Source of the DNA: an uncultured Candidatus Saccharibacteria bacterium
Lineage (GTDB): Bacteria > Patescibacteriota > Saccharimonadia > Saccharimonadales > UBA4665
Assembly (NCBI GenBank): GCA_964570005.1
Contig: CAZMWE010000001.1
Span: 7,378 to 71,377, forward strand
DNA: 64,000 nucleotides
Direction of reading: 5' to 3'
Shown here: positions 17,313-26,525 of the stretch, piece by piece
Numbering within the stretch: the first letter of the stretch is position 1
Layout: every line of letters starts with the position of its first letter
Made by a program: the position numbers and the translations under genes
The notes under the pieces: generated by a model
Databases searched by the model: none
Told to the model about the DNA's origin: nothing
The model's input: only the letters and a program-made list of their open reading frames with translations

Positions 17313-18526
17313 TCAGCCTGCGCAACGATAACTTCCGGTTGGCCTGGCAAAGCCTGCGAGCTGCCTGGGCCCGCAGCGCGCTGACCATGTTCGGGATCAT
17401 TATTGGCGTGATGGCGGTAGTCCTAATGGTGTGCATAGGCCAGGGTGTAAAGCAGCAGGTCGCCGGACAGCTCGGCCGCTACGGTAAAAACGTGCTTACG
17501 GTGTCGTCCGGAGCCGGTAGTGGCTCGGGACTGAGTACGTTTACGGGCTTGTCGGGGGCCAGTAGTACGCTGTTGATGCAGAACGATCTGAATACTGTAC
17601 GAAATACTCCGGGCGTGGCTGAGGCGGTTCCGCTGGCGGTGGCCAGCGGCAGTATGCAAGGTGACCATACGGTGACATCGCCGTTCATTGTGGCGACGAA
17701 TGCGCAGTTCCCGGACATCATCAACCAATCCTTCTCGGCGGGCGGCTTTTTTGATGGCGAAGATGACAGTAAGACCGTGGTGCTTGGTGCGACCATTGCC
17801 CAGGAACTGTTCGACAACAACGCGCCGCTCGGTCAGGGGCTGATCTGGCGCGGCCAGCGGTTTCTGGTGGCCGGAGTGTACAACTATTTTAACGCTCCGC
17901 CGTTTTCGGTTGAGGCGAACTTCGATAACGCGGTGTTCGTGCCCTACTCCACAGCGCGACAAATAAGCGGTGATTCTCTAGCGATCTATGAGATTCTGGC
18001 GCGTAGCAAGACAGTCGGTGATGCGCCGCAGGTCGTCACGGCAGTGCACTCGGCACTTGTGGCGTCGCATGGCGGCGCTAACGACGTGACGGTCGCGAGA
18101 GCCTCTGACGGCAATAGTGCGCCAGACCAGACCATACATTTGCTGACGCTGCTGGTGAGCGGTGCGGCTATTATCGCGCTGGTTGTCGGCGGCGTGGGTA
18201 TCATGGACGTTATGCTGGTGAGCGTTACGGAACGCATGCACGAAATCGGCATCCGCAAGGCCATCGGCGCCACCAATCAGCAGATTATGCGTCAGTTTGT
18301 CGCCGAAGCATTTGTGCTGAGCACCTTCGGGGCCTTTTTAGGCGTGGTGTTCTCTATCGCTGGCGTGGGGCTGCTTCGCGCTTACACTACACTGCAAGCG
18401 GTGTTGGTGTGGCAGATTATGGTCATTGCGCCGCTCATTGCTATATTCATTGGTGTGTTTTTCGGCAGCATGCCCGCGCTTAAGGCGGCCCGTAAAGACC
18501 CCATCGAAGCGCTACGTCACGAATAG
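17309..18526 (+). CDS. ABC transporter permease, MacB/FtsX family
   Basis: 405 aa with an N-terminal TM, a ~230-aa extracytoplasmic domain and a C-terminal FtsX-type 3-TM bundle (..ERMHEIGIRKAIGAT..). ATGA overlap with the ATPase gene. Confidence 0.85.
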   Translation: MISLRNDNFRLAWQSLRAAWARSALTMFGIIIGVMAVVLMVCIGQGVKQQVAGQLGRYGKNVLTVSSGAGSGSGLSTFTGLSGASSTLLMQNDLNTVRNTPGVAEAVPLAVASGSMQGDHTVTSPFIVATNAQFPDIINQSFSAGGFFDGEDDSKTVVLGATIAQELFDNNAPLGQGLIWRGQRFLVAGVYNYFNAPPFSVEANFDNAVFVPYSTARQISGDSLAIYEILARSKTVGDAPQVVTAVHSALVASHGGANDVTVARASDGNSAPDQTIHLLTLLVSGAAIIALVVGGVGIMDVMLVSVTERMHEIGIRKAIGATNQQIMRQFVAEAFVLSTFGAFLGVVFSIAGVGLLRAYTTLQAVLVWQIMVIAPLIAIFIGVFFGSMPALKAARKDPIEALRHE

Positions 18527-18596
18527 CTTGCATATAGTCATTATTCATGATATAATATAAAATTGCCTGTTAGGCCTTTTTTATATTTCTGTACTC

Positions 18597-20027
18597 ATGA
18601 ATAACGAAATAGCCCCTGTTGCTAGCGCTGATGCTATATCTCGACGAGTCCTTTCGCTAGGGAGAGGCGTCCCTGAAGAGATTATGCTAATCGGCGCTGC
18701 CGCTGTCTATGCTGCATTGCCAGGCGCTCCTCAGCCTAGTCGCATTGAGCTGTTGGCCACTACACCTGGTGTGTTCGAACATGTAAACGAGCAACCAGGC
18801 ATGCGGCGTACGCGCTCCGCTGATGGGGATCCGAGGCTTACCGGCAACGGCCTTGACGTTATAACACGATGGCCGTCATATGCGCCCGGAGCAACGGCGA
18901 TTGAACGCAAATGGGAAGACAAGCGAGGTGTCAAATACGCTGGCCTTCCCGACTTGTACGCGTCTGGACAGGAGGATAACAATGCGCGTCGTAGGCGGAA
19001 AGACGGAGACTACACGGCGTTTATCCGCCATACCCTGCAGAGCCCGGATAGCCGCTTGCTGCCGGGGCGCGTGATGCAGAGTGAGATGAAACTGCTGCTT
19101 GCCCACTTGCCTGAACACCTACTCGTCAATCCGAAGATCATTCGGCTTATAACAGAAAATATATACACGGACTTTACGCTGTATGGCGATCCACGGATCG
19201 GCCGTGCGAACCAGATTATTGGTACATTGGAGAGGGCGAGGTACCGCGTGCCTGCTCTGTATCACAACGGGTTTTGGTTGCTGTATGAGCTGGGTGCTAT
19301 GGCCCAACGGATGTCACGCGCCGGTTTTAGTATAACGGAACAGCAAGATGGACTTATTGCCCATAGTGCCGCCGACAACGTGTACGGCAACGGACGCTTT
19401 ACTAATAACCCTAATGCGTACGACGAATACCTGTCCGCCGTACGGTTAGAAGCACGCGCGCGACGCCTTGGGCTTGGTCGGTCGCGTATTGGACAGCTTC
19501 ATACTAACGTCGTAGCAACCGAAATCGCAGAAGGTAGGGTATGGCAGCGAGGACGTAATATGCTCGGGCGGGTAGAGCGCGAAGTTGCTGGCCGCGATTT
19601 GCATATACTTTCGGAACCGGCGGCGCTCAAGTCAATCTGGGGTTTGGTCTTCGAGGACGGATTCTCGGCGCGGTTTGACAAACGGCGGACGTTAGGCCGG
19701 GTTGCGGTGGTCGGAAAGTTCTGGGTTACCAGCGTGGACGAAGCAGTACGGCTATTTGGTGACAAGCTGGACGTACGTGTACCGGGCAGCGATCAGACCC
19801 CCCGCGAATATATAGGTAACCGTCTGATCGGCAATGCTTGGTTCCAGGAAAATTACCAGCAGCCGGACGGTTACCCTACTCACAATATGATTCGTCATCT
19901 GCACGCAGAGCAACAAATATGGCTGGGCCGTGCCTTGCTTGCCGGCCGCATAACGCTTGCAGATGCGCACGAAAAAGTCGAGGGACACACACAGATGATG
20001 CAGAATATGTTCGGTACTGTCGCTTAG
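18597..20027 (+). CDS. hypothetical protein (476-aa ORFan)
   Basis: Long ORF with non-repetitive composition. TGaTATAAT at 18548..18556 and TATATT at 18582..18587 lie upstream. The N-terminal IMLIGAAAVYAALPGAPQPSRIELL loosely resembles a degenerate nucleotidyltransferase GS-x-D-x-D strand. Confidence 0.6.
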   Translation: MNNEIAPVASADAISRRVLSLGRGVPEEIMLIGAAAVYAALPGAPQPSRIELLATTPGVFEHVNEQPGMRRTRSADGDPRLTGNGLDVITRWPSYAPGATAIERKWEDKRGVKYAGLPDLYASGQEDNNARRRRKDGDYTAFIRHTLQSPDSRLLPGRVMQSEMKLLLAHLPEHLLVNPKIIRLITENIYTDFTLYGDPRIGRANQIIGTLERARYRVPALYHNGFWLLYELGAMAQRMSRAGFSITEQQDGLIAHSAADNVYGNGRFTNNPNAYDEYLSAVRLEARARRLGLGRSRIGQLHTNVVATEIAEGRVWQRGRNMLGRVEREVAGRDLHILSEPAALKSIWGLVFEDGFSARFDKRRTLGRVAVVGKFWVTSVDEAVRLFGDKLDVRVPGSDQTPREYIGNRLIGNAWFQENYQQPDGYPTHNMIRHLHAEQQIWLGRALLAGRITLADAHEKVEGHTQMMQNMFGTVA

Positions 20028-21424
20028 CTTGGCAGGAGCGCCCAAATAGCAGCCAGGCCCGCGGCGGCCATAGCGCCCGTGGTCAGCCAGCCGACCAGCT
20101 GGCTCAAGGGGCCGGTGGCCCATTTGCCCATCACCTTTTTGCTGCTGCTGATGCGCAAGATCAGCACCATGATTACGGGTGCTACGATGCCGTTTATCAT
20201 GGCCGCGTAAATCAATGCTTTGATGGGATCGATGCCGAGCAGGTTGATTCCGAACCCTATAAGTATAGAGATTATGATGATGCCGTAAAACGCGCTGGCT
20301 TGCCCCAGTTTGCGGTACAGCCCCTCGCGCCAACGGAAACTCTCAGCCACGATGTAGCTGGACGATCCAGCCAGCACCGGTATGGCCAGGATGCCCGAAC
20401 CGACGATGCCGACGGCGAACAGCCAGTAAGTGGCGTTGCCGGCAAACGGCCGCAGCGCCTCGGCCGCCTGTGTAGCGCTGGTGATATTTGTGACGCCGTT
20501 CACGAATAGTACCCCGCCGCAAGCCGCGATGATAAAGAACATGATCATTTCGCTAAAAAACATCCCTGACCAGACATCGATGCGCATATTGCGGATCTGC
20601 TTGCGGCCGGTCGTGGCCTGTCGCAGCTTGATAGTCTTTTTGCCATGCAGAATTTCTTCCTCGACCTCTTGGGACGTCTGCCAGAAAAACAGATACGGCG
20701 AAATGGTCGTGCCCATGATGGCACATAAGATCACAAAGTCCTGCTTGTTAAACCGTAGTTGCGGTTTGAGCGAATGCGCCAGTACATCGTGCCAGTTCAA
20801 GTGTGCCATGGCGGCCGAAACGATGTACGCTACCAGCACGAACGCCAGATATTTGAGATATTTGGCATATTTGGCATATGGTACAAAAATCTGTAGCGCA
20901 ATGGTGAAGATGGAAAAGCCGAGCACGAGCCCGCAAAAGCTTAAGGATGGTCTGATCAGTTGCGTTGCTTTGGCCATGGCCCCAAGGTCGGCGCCGATGT
21001 TAATGGCATTGGTTGTAAACAGCAGGAGTGCACAAACGCGTAGCACCCGCATCGAAAAGTGTTTGCGGATGTTGGCGGCTAACCCCTCCCCTGTCACCAG
21101 GCCGATGCGGGCGCACATTGCCTCCAGGTTGGCATCCAGCGGATAGAGCCAAGCGGCCAACCACAAGAAATGGAAGCCGTAGTGTGCCCCCGTCTGGCTG
21201 TACGTGGCGATTCCTGACGGATCCTGCCCTGCCGCCCCGGTGACTAGTCCCGGTCCGAGCGTGTTCCAGTACTGCCGGGTGCCCTTGGCCACCTTGCCAC
21301 GTTGAATGGTCCGCCGGGCCTTTTTGCTAGCCTTAACCGTGCGGTCGAGCAGGACCGCCGGTGCTTCGGCGGTCCTCGTTATGACCACGTCAGCAAGGGG
21401 CTTTGTTAGTTTTTGTGTTGCCAT
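20024..21424 (-). CDS. mntH: NRAMP-family divalent metal (Mn2+/Fe2+) transporter
   Basis: GPGLVTGAAGQDPSGIATYSQTGAHYGF matches the NRAMP DPGN-type first-helix signature. About 11 TM segments, 466 aa. Confidence 0.88.
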   Translation of the reverse strand: MATQKLTKPLADVVITRTAEAPAVLLDRTVKASKKARRTIQRGKVAKGTRQYWNTLGPGLVTGAAGQDPSGIATYSQTGAHYGFHFLWLAAWLYPLDANLEAMCARIGLVTGEGLAANIRKHFSMRVLRVCALLLFTTNAINIGADLGAMAKATQLIRPSLSFCGLVLGFSIFTIALQIFVPYAKYAKYLKYLAFVLVAYIVSAAMAHLNWHDVLAHSLKPQLRFNKQDFVILCAIMGTTISPYLFFWQTSQEVEEEILHGKKTIKLRQATTGRKQIRNMRIDVWSGMFFSEMIMFFIIAACGGVLFVNGVTNITSATQAAEALRPFAGNATYWLFAVGIVGSGILAIPVLAGSSSYIVAESFRWREGLYRKLGQASAFYGIIIISILIGFGINLLGIDPIKALIYAAMINGIVAPVIMVLILRISSSKKVMGKWATGPLSQLVGWLTTGAMAAAGLAAIWALLPS

Positions 21425-21519
21425 GTGTTAGCTAGAAACTACTAGAGTTTATTGTAGCAAAAACCACAGTTTTCAAACAGACTTCAAGTCTGCATTAAGA
21501 AGCGACTCGCTTAATCCGG

Positions 21520-22110
21520 TTAGCCCGGGTTATCGGCTTCAAAATCCGCAGCTAGCGACTGAGCATTGTGCGCGACGATATGCGCGAGGCTGTACCAAGC
21601 AGCGCTTCCCTCAAACCACGTTGTACGTGAAGGCCGACCCTGTAGACGTGCCAACTCTTTTGCTCTGCTGATGCATGTAGTACGAACAATGCCTCGTAAA
21701 AAGTCTGATTCCTGCAGCTCGAGGTAGACGTGTGTGTATACGGCTTCATTATGTAGGCGTAACACTTCGGGGGAGGCAGTATCCAGTAGCCCTATGCCTA
21801 CCTCGTCGATCATGTCAAAGAAAGCTGGCGTAGATTGCCAGAGTATCGGTGGTCTGCCACTCCGTACGGTCGTACGGTCCCGTCCATGTTCGTTAGTCCA
21901 GGACCCTGGCTGGATCCATCCCCTGCCGCGTAACCGCTTAATGGTAGGGTCTGTTGTCGTGTTGGACACGCCTAGAACTTCTCCCAACTGTCCTCGACTC
22001 CATGACTCACCTACGTGAACTTCTCCGCTACTCGCCATGGCTGCCATAGCCAGTGCTTCATAGTCGCCTGGCGACCCTTCTCTTACTAGTTCTGGAGCGG
22101 CATTAAACAT
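21520..22110 (-). CDS. putative winged-helix DNA-binding protein
   Basis: ORF 21520..22308 trimmed to ATG 22110 because the upstream part overlaps the VKOR gene. SRGQLGEVLGVSNTTTDPTIKRLRGRGWI looks like a MarR/wHTH recognition unit. The C-terminal 110 aa are unassigned. Confidence 0.45.
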   Translation of the reverse strand: MFNAAPELVREGSPGDYEALAMAAMASSGEVHVGESWSRGQLGEVLGVSNTTTDPTIKRLRGRGWIQPGSWTNEHGRDRTTVRSGRPPILWQSTPAFFDMIDEVGIGLLDTASPEVLRLHNEAVYTHVYLELQESDFLRGIVRTTCISRAKELARLQGRPSRTTWFEGSAAWYSLAHIVAHNAQSLAADFEADNPG

Positions 22111-22123
22111 ATGAGGTCCTGGC

Positions 22124-22774
22124 TTACAAATGCTGGCCGAAGTAGTACCAGAAATGGTACAGCGTATAGGCGGTAAGTACGAGGAACCAAGTGACAAGGA
22201 CGTCGAGGTGGTGACGCAGGCAGAAGTCTGTAGCCCGGGCCAACCATGATGGGGTTTTGATGTGCTCCTGCTGCAAGTTGTGTAGGCTGACGTACCAGAA
22301 CAGTACATACATAGCGACGTCGGTGGCCAGGCAGAATGGGCACAAGGCGTGGATCTGAAAGAGCGCTACCCAGAACATCCAGAGCGCAAAAAATATGCCC
22401 GCGGTTGCACCGAGTTGGAGCCCCTGCCAGAACCACCGCTTGAACTTGGCTCCTGCCAGTATGGAGACGCCGATGGTAATAACTACCGGGAACACCAATA
22501 AACCGAATATAGGTCCGGGTATGTGGCCGATTTCACCCTTGCCGCTGGTGATAACGCTGCCGCAACTGATGAGCGGATTAAGGTTGCAGGCGGGTTGATA
22601 CGTCGGGTTCTTCCAGATTTGTACTTGGTCGTAGGCCAGGACGAGCGAAGCGATGAGCCCGACTATGCCGCAGGCAATCAGCAGCCACGGCATGACAGCG
22701 TTGAGCCGTGCGAGCGGCGCGGGTTTAACTGTCTTCGCGGCCTGTCCCCCTGGTTTTTTAACGGTCGTTGCCAT
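22124..22774 (-). CDS. vitamin K epoxide reductase (VKOR) family protein
   Basis: Loop cysteines CNLNPLISC and active-site CPFC in a 4-5 TM protein, which is the standard VKOR arrangement. Confidence 0.85.
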   Translation of the reverse strand: MATTVKKPGGQAAKTVKPAPLARLNAVMPWLLIACGIVGLIASLVLAYDQVQIWKNPTYQPACNLNPLISCGSVITSGKGEIGHIPGPIFGLLVFPVVITIGVSILAGAKFKRWFWQGLQLGATAGIFFALWMFWVALFQIHALCPFCLATDVAMYVLFWYVSLHNLQQEHIKTPSWLARATDFCLRHHLDVLVTWFLVLTAYTLYHFWYYFGQHL

Positions 22775-22791
22775 AAAATCTCTCCCTTGTC

Positions 22792-23967
22792 CTAGTCGCT
22801 ACAGGCACCGGTACTGTATGTGGTATTCGATTGCTCGCCCGTGGCCAGCTCGCCTGCCACCTGATGCCCGGTCAGAGCGTATCCGACATCATTGTACGAG
22901 GTGGAGGTGGCGAAGACAATGCCCAGTACGCTCCCGTCACTCCCCACGACCGGACCGCCGGAATTGCCGGGGATGATGTGGGCTTTCAGGGAGTACACAT
23001 CACGTTCCGTGTTGCCCTGGCCGTAGATGTTGCGGCCTAGCGCTGTAAAGTGCTCCATGACGGCCGCCGGCTGCGCGTTGAAGCTGCCGCCACCGGGGAA
23101 TCCGAGGACGACACCGGTGGTGCCGGTAGGTTGCTCGCTGTCGTTAATTTTGAGTGGTGTCCCGTGCAGATCGTTGACCTTCAGTACGGCCAGGTCGACA
23201 TTCGGGTCGAACCAGATAACGTGCGTGTTGTGCAGTGCACCACTCTCGTCGATGACTTTCGGGCTCATTACGCCGGCTACCACATGCGCGTTGGTAGCGA
23301 TCTCCCCGGGCGCCACGATAAAGCCGCTGCCTTCCACAATGCCGCCGCAGCCGCTGCCTTCCACCTTGACCACCGACGATTCGGCGGTGTGTACTACCGC
23401 GTTGAATGACCCGAGCTCCGGCAGGCTGACCTGCGTATTCGGGCTAGGTTCCAGGCCGCTGAATACCTGCGGAAAACCGTTGGGGTCGATGAGTTTGTTC
23501 AGAGAACTGAGGATCGATGTAGCCGGGGGTAACTGGGTGTTGAGTGCGCTTAAGATTCGTGAGTTTTTGAGCGTCTGCTGGAAGTTGCTGGCAGGGCCCA
23601 GCACCAGGATGGACGCGATCAGCCAGGCACCGAGGAGGGTCGTGGCGACCGCCATTACCGAACCAAGCGCGCCGTCGAAGCTGTCGAGCGAATGGTTGCG
23701 CGTGATCTTACGTTTGGCGTTGCGCCCGAGCATCTCACCAATGGTCATGCAGATGAGACCACCGCTCAAGGCGGCTATCAGGCCGGTTAGAGCTTTGGCG
23801 GACAAGCTCTGCTCGTGGTTCATGATGATGCTGCCGATCCACGATCCGGCCACTAGCCCGATGATGAACCCGATCGTCGAGCCAGCCTGTCTAACCAATC
23901 CCAAACTGTAGCCCCGTATCAGCGAACTAATGACAAATATAATGATTAGGATATCGATTAGATTCAT
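22792..23967 (-). CDS. CvpA-domain membrane protein fused to trypsin-like serine protease (MarP-like)
   Basis: N-terminal 4-TM CvpA-like region (MNLIDILIIIFVISSLIRGYSLG..). The C-terminal chymotrypsin fold has His in ATNAHVV, Asp in DLAVLKV and Ser in GNSGGPV. Confidence 0.85.
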   Translation of the reverse strand: MNLIDILIIIFVISSLIRGYSLGLVRQAGSTIGFIIGLVAGSWIGSIIMNHEQSLSAKALTGLIAALSGGLICMTIGEMLGRNAKRKITRNHSLDSFDGALGSVMAVATTLLGAWLIASILVLGPASNFQQTLKNSRILSALNTQLPPATSILSSLNKLIDPNGFPQVFSGLEPSPNTQVSLPELGSFNAVVHTAESSVVKVEGSGCGGIVEGSGFIVAPGEIATNAHVVAGVMSPKVIDESGALHNTHVIWFDPNVDLAVLKVNDLHGTPLKINDSEQPTGTTGVVLGFPGGGSFNAQPAAVMEHFTALGRNIYGQGNTERDVYSLKAHIIPGNSGGPVVGSDGSVLGIVFATSTSYNDVGYALTGHQVAGELATGEQSNTTYSTGACSD

Positions 23968-23975
23968 GACGGACT

Positions 23976-24902
23976 TTACGGAGCTCCGCGGATGATACCT
24001 ACCAGCAGCATAAATACGCCGAAACTGATGCAGTAGACGCCGAACGGCCGGAGCGACCGGCTGCGGAAATACTTATCCAGATATCGTACCGACAGATAGG
24101 CGGCGATGCCAGCCAGCAAGCTACCGACCAGGATCTGGCCTCCATACTTCCCGGCATGGGCCAGTACGTCAGGTAATTTGTAGAGTCCGGCGAGCAAGAT
24201 TAGCGGCGTGGCCAGCAGGAATGAAAAGCGGGCGGCGTCCTGATGGTCCAGGCCACTCCGTAAGCCTGCTAACATCGTAATACCGGAGCGCGAGAGTCCT
24301 GCGATAAAGGCAAAGACCTGGGCGAAGCCGATCAGCGCGGCACGCTCAATAGTCAGGTGGTCGCTAACAACGCGGGTCGTTTTGGCAACGGCCAGCTCGT
24401 CTGTGCCGGCTCCGCGCTGGCGCGGGCGGTCAAGCTCGGCTTTTGTTAGCAGCTTGTCGCCCCTGATCAGTAGGATACCGTTCAGGATTATGAATATGAT
24501 GGCAAAAAAGGCTGTGCCGAAGAGCACACGCAGCTTGTGATCAAACAGCAGACCCATGAGCCCGCCCGGTATGGTGGCGGCTATGAGTAGCCAGTCTAGT
24601 TTGGCATCGCCGTCATTGCCGATGTGCACGGTACGTTTATTAAGGTCAAGGCTGCGGAAAAAACCTCTTACGATACGCGCCCACTGTGCCCGGTAAAAGA
24701 TGATCAGCGCCAGTGCGGTCGCGACGTGCATCATCACCAGCAGGTTCAAAAGTGTGGAACTGCCCGACTTGGCCTGAGCGCTTAAATTAGTCCAGTTAAA
24801 GAGGTTAACGATGAGTACGGCATGCCCTAGACTGGAGACCGGAAACAGCTCGGTTACTCCCTGTACCAGTCCAAGGATTATTGCCTGCAAATATGTCAGC
24901 AT
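23976..24902 (-). CDS. uppP: undecaprenyl-diphosphate phosphatase
   Basis: GLVQGVTELFPVSSLGH plus ..GLSRSG.. are BacA/UppP signatures. 8 TM, 308 aa. Confidence 0.9.
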   Translation of the reverse strand: MLTYLQAIILGLVQGVTELFPVSSLGHAVLIVNLFNWTNLSAQAKSGSSTLLNLLVMMHVATALALIIFYRAQWARIVRGFFRSLDLNKRTVHIGNDGDAKLDWLLIAATIPGGLMGLLFDHKLRVLFGTAFFAIIFIILNGILLIRGDKLLTKAELDRPRQRGAGTDELAVAKTTRVVSDHLTIERAALIGFAQVFAFIAGLSRSGITMLAGLRSGLDHQDAARFSFLLATPLILLAGLYKLPDVLAHAGKYGGQILVGSLLAGIAAYLSVRYLDKYFRSRSLRPFGVYCISFGVFMLLVGIIRGAP

Positions 24903-24992
24903 CTGCTATCTAGTTTAGCATGTGCCGGACTGGTCGTGGGGTCTGCGGCCCGGCCTGTTTTATAAATTACTTCAGCTTCTGCTGGGGCTGGT

Positions 24993-25001
24993 TGGTATAC
25001 T
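24993..25001 (+). promoter_or_regulatory. extended -10 box TGgTATACT, 9 nt upstream of ATG 25011
   Basis: Sequence ggttggtatactgggagagtaATG. Confidence 0.45.
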
Positions 25002-25010
25002 GGGAGAGTA

Positions 25011-26525
25011 ATGAGAACGGGAATTCCGGGCGTTAGCAGGCATGTAGCCCGGTTTTTGGCTAGTCGGACATTCTGGCGTGTAACCTTCGTCCTTTTTGTG
25101 TTGCAGGCGGTCTGGTTGGCCTGTAGCGCGGCCTATCCGATGGCGTTCGACGAGCAGTACCATTTTGGCCTGATCCAGCTGCATGCTCACCAGTGGCTGC
25201 CGTTTTTGACATCGCAGCCGCCCACCGGTACTTACGGGCCAGCGTTACGTGATCCCTCGTATCTGTATCACTGGCTTATGAGCCTCCCGTACCGCGGTAT
25301 TTCGCTGTTTACGCACGACCAGACCATCCAGATAATTGTGCTACGACTGATCAACGTGGTGCTGTTTGCTTATGCGCTGGTGCTGTACCGGCGGTTGCTG
25401 CGGCGTTTGGGTTTGGGCCCGGCGCCGACAAATGCGGCGCTGCTGGTATTTACGCTGATCCCGGTCGTGCCGTTTCTGGCGGCGACTATTAACTACGACA
25501 ACTTGCTGATGGTGGCGGTACCTTGGGCGATACTTCTGACGCTCGACGTTGTGGCATGCTTTAGCGCGGGTCGAGTGCCACTCGCGCGTTTTGCCCTGCT
25601 CGCCTGTGTGCTACTGCTCGGCGGCTTGGTCAAATATCCGTTTCTGCCGGTTCTCGCGGTGACAGGGCTGTTCCTGATCTGGCAGATGTGGCGGCAAAAG
25701 CTTTTTGTACGTAAGATTTGGCAGGCGGCTTGGCGGGTGGTACGTGCTCGGGCCGCTTGGCAGCAGGCGCTGCTGGTTGTGCTGCTGGTGGGTTCATTTG
25801 GACTGTTTGCGGAGCGGTATGCTGTAAATCTGGTGCGCTATCATGACCCTGTTCCTAAATGCACGCAAGTCGTCAGTCAGGATGTATGCCTGGAGTACGG
25901 CCCGTGGGCGCGGAATTATACGCTTGTGAGCGAAAAACAGTCCGGCTGGCGCCCGGACGTTATAACGTATACCGGCTCATGGCTGTACGGCATGTGGTAC
26001 CGGCTGTTTTTCGCTATCGGGCCGCAGCCGACGTATGACACCCAACCACCCTTGATTATCATCGGCCGCTTGAGTATCGGTCTGGCGGTCTTACTGGGGC
26101 TTGGCATAGTGCTGAGGTGGCGACAGTTGTTTAGCGGACACCCGGAACGGGTGCTACTACTGTTGATTATGCTTGGCTACGGTATTGCTTTGTTTGCGGA
26201 TGACTATGGTGATTACGTGCGTACGGCGGCTCCGGTGGCAATAAATGGGCGCTACTGGATTCCGTTCCTGCCACTGCTGTTCGCGCTCGGCGGATTGGCC
26301 TGGACAGATATTTTAAGGCGGACACCGGAAATCAAGGTTGGCGTAGCTGGTTTGGTGTTGTCGGTGTTTTTGCTGCAGGGCGGTGGCGCGATGAGCTATA
26401 TCATCCGCTCGAACGATAGCTGGTACTGGCCCAACACCACGGTCCGGCGGGTCAACGGTGATATCCGCAGCGTAGCCTCGCCGCTCATTTTCGGTAAAGA
26501 CCTGCCTCGTCCGCCTAGTGCTTAG
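25011..26525 (+). CDS. GT-C-fold polyprenol-dependent glycosyltransferase-like membrane protein (DUF2142-like)
   Basis: 504 aa with more than 10 hydrophobic helices. The first loop motif AFDEQYHFG (DE..H) is as in GT-C/DUF2142 enzymes. Confidence 0.6.
   Translation: MRTGIPGVSRHVARFLASRTFWRVTFVLFVLQAVWLACSAAYPMAFDEQYHFGLIQLHAHQWLPFLTSQPPTGTYGPALRDPSYLYHWLMSLPYRGISLFTHDQTIQIIVLRLINVVLFAYALVLYRRLLRRLGLGPAPTNAALLVFTLIPVVPFLAATINYDNLLMVAVPWAILLTLDVVACFSAGRVPLARFALLACVLLLGGLVKYPFLPVLAVTGLFLIWQMWRQKLFVRKIWQAAWRVVRARAAWQQALLVVLLVGSFGLFAERYAVNLVRYHDPVPKCTQVVSQDVCLEYGPWARNYTLVSEKQSGWRPDVITYTGSWLYGMWYRLFFAIGPQPTYDTQPPLIIIGRLSIGLAVLLGLGIVLRWRQLFSGHPERVLLLLIMLGYGIALFADDYGDYVRTAAPVAINGRYWIPFLPLLFALGGLAWTDILRRTPEIKVGVAGLVLSVFLLQGGGAMSYIIRSNDSWYWPNTTVRRVNGDIRSVASPLIFGKDLPRPPSA

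Noticed and set aside
17423-17962. 179-aa minus-strand ORF inside the MacB permease gene
   Set aside because: It is an antisense shadow ORF with extreme Arg/His content.
19752-20509. Overlapping ORFs 19752..20333 (-) and 19838..20509 (+) across the ORFan/NRAMP junction
   Set aside because: Both are Arg/His/Gln-rich with no motifs, and they overlap the NRAMP gene and the 476-aa ORF in alternative frames. NRAMP identity is unambiguous.
20850-20890. Short tandem repeat atatttg(g/a)(c/g)a x3 inside the NRAMP gene
   Set aside because: It encodes ..YAKYAKYLKYL.. in frame within a loop of the transporter. It is a minor coding microsatellite with no evidence of function.
21425-21519. Search for a MntR/DtxR-type operator or yybP-ykoY riboswitch upstream of the NRAMP gene
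   Set aside because: Only short hairpins (cagact-tca-agtctg, aagcg-act-cgctt) and a weak ctag..ctag repeat are present. There is no convincing 19-bp palindrome, and 95 nt is too short for the riboswitch.
23027-23911. 294-aa plus-strand ORF (and 23050..23409) opposite the MarP-like gene
   Set aside because: It is entirely antisense to a gene with clear CvpA and His/Asp/Ser protease motifs. Its composition is Ser/Pro/Ala/Leu-rich, typical of shadow ORFs in GC-rich coding DNA.
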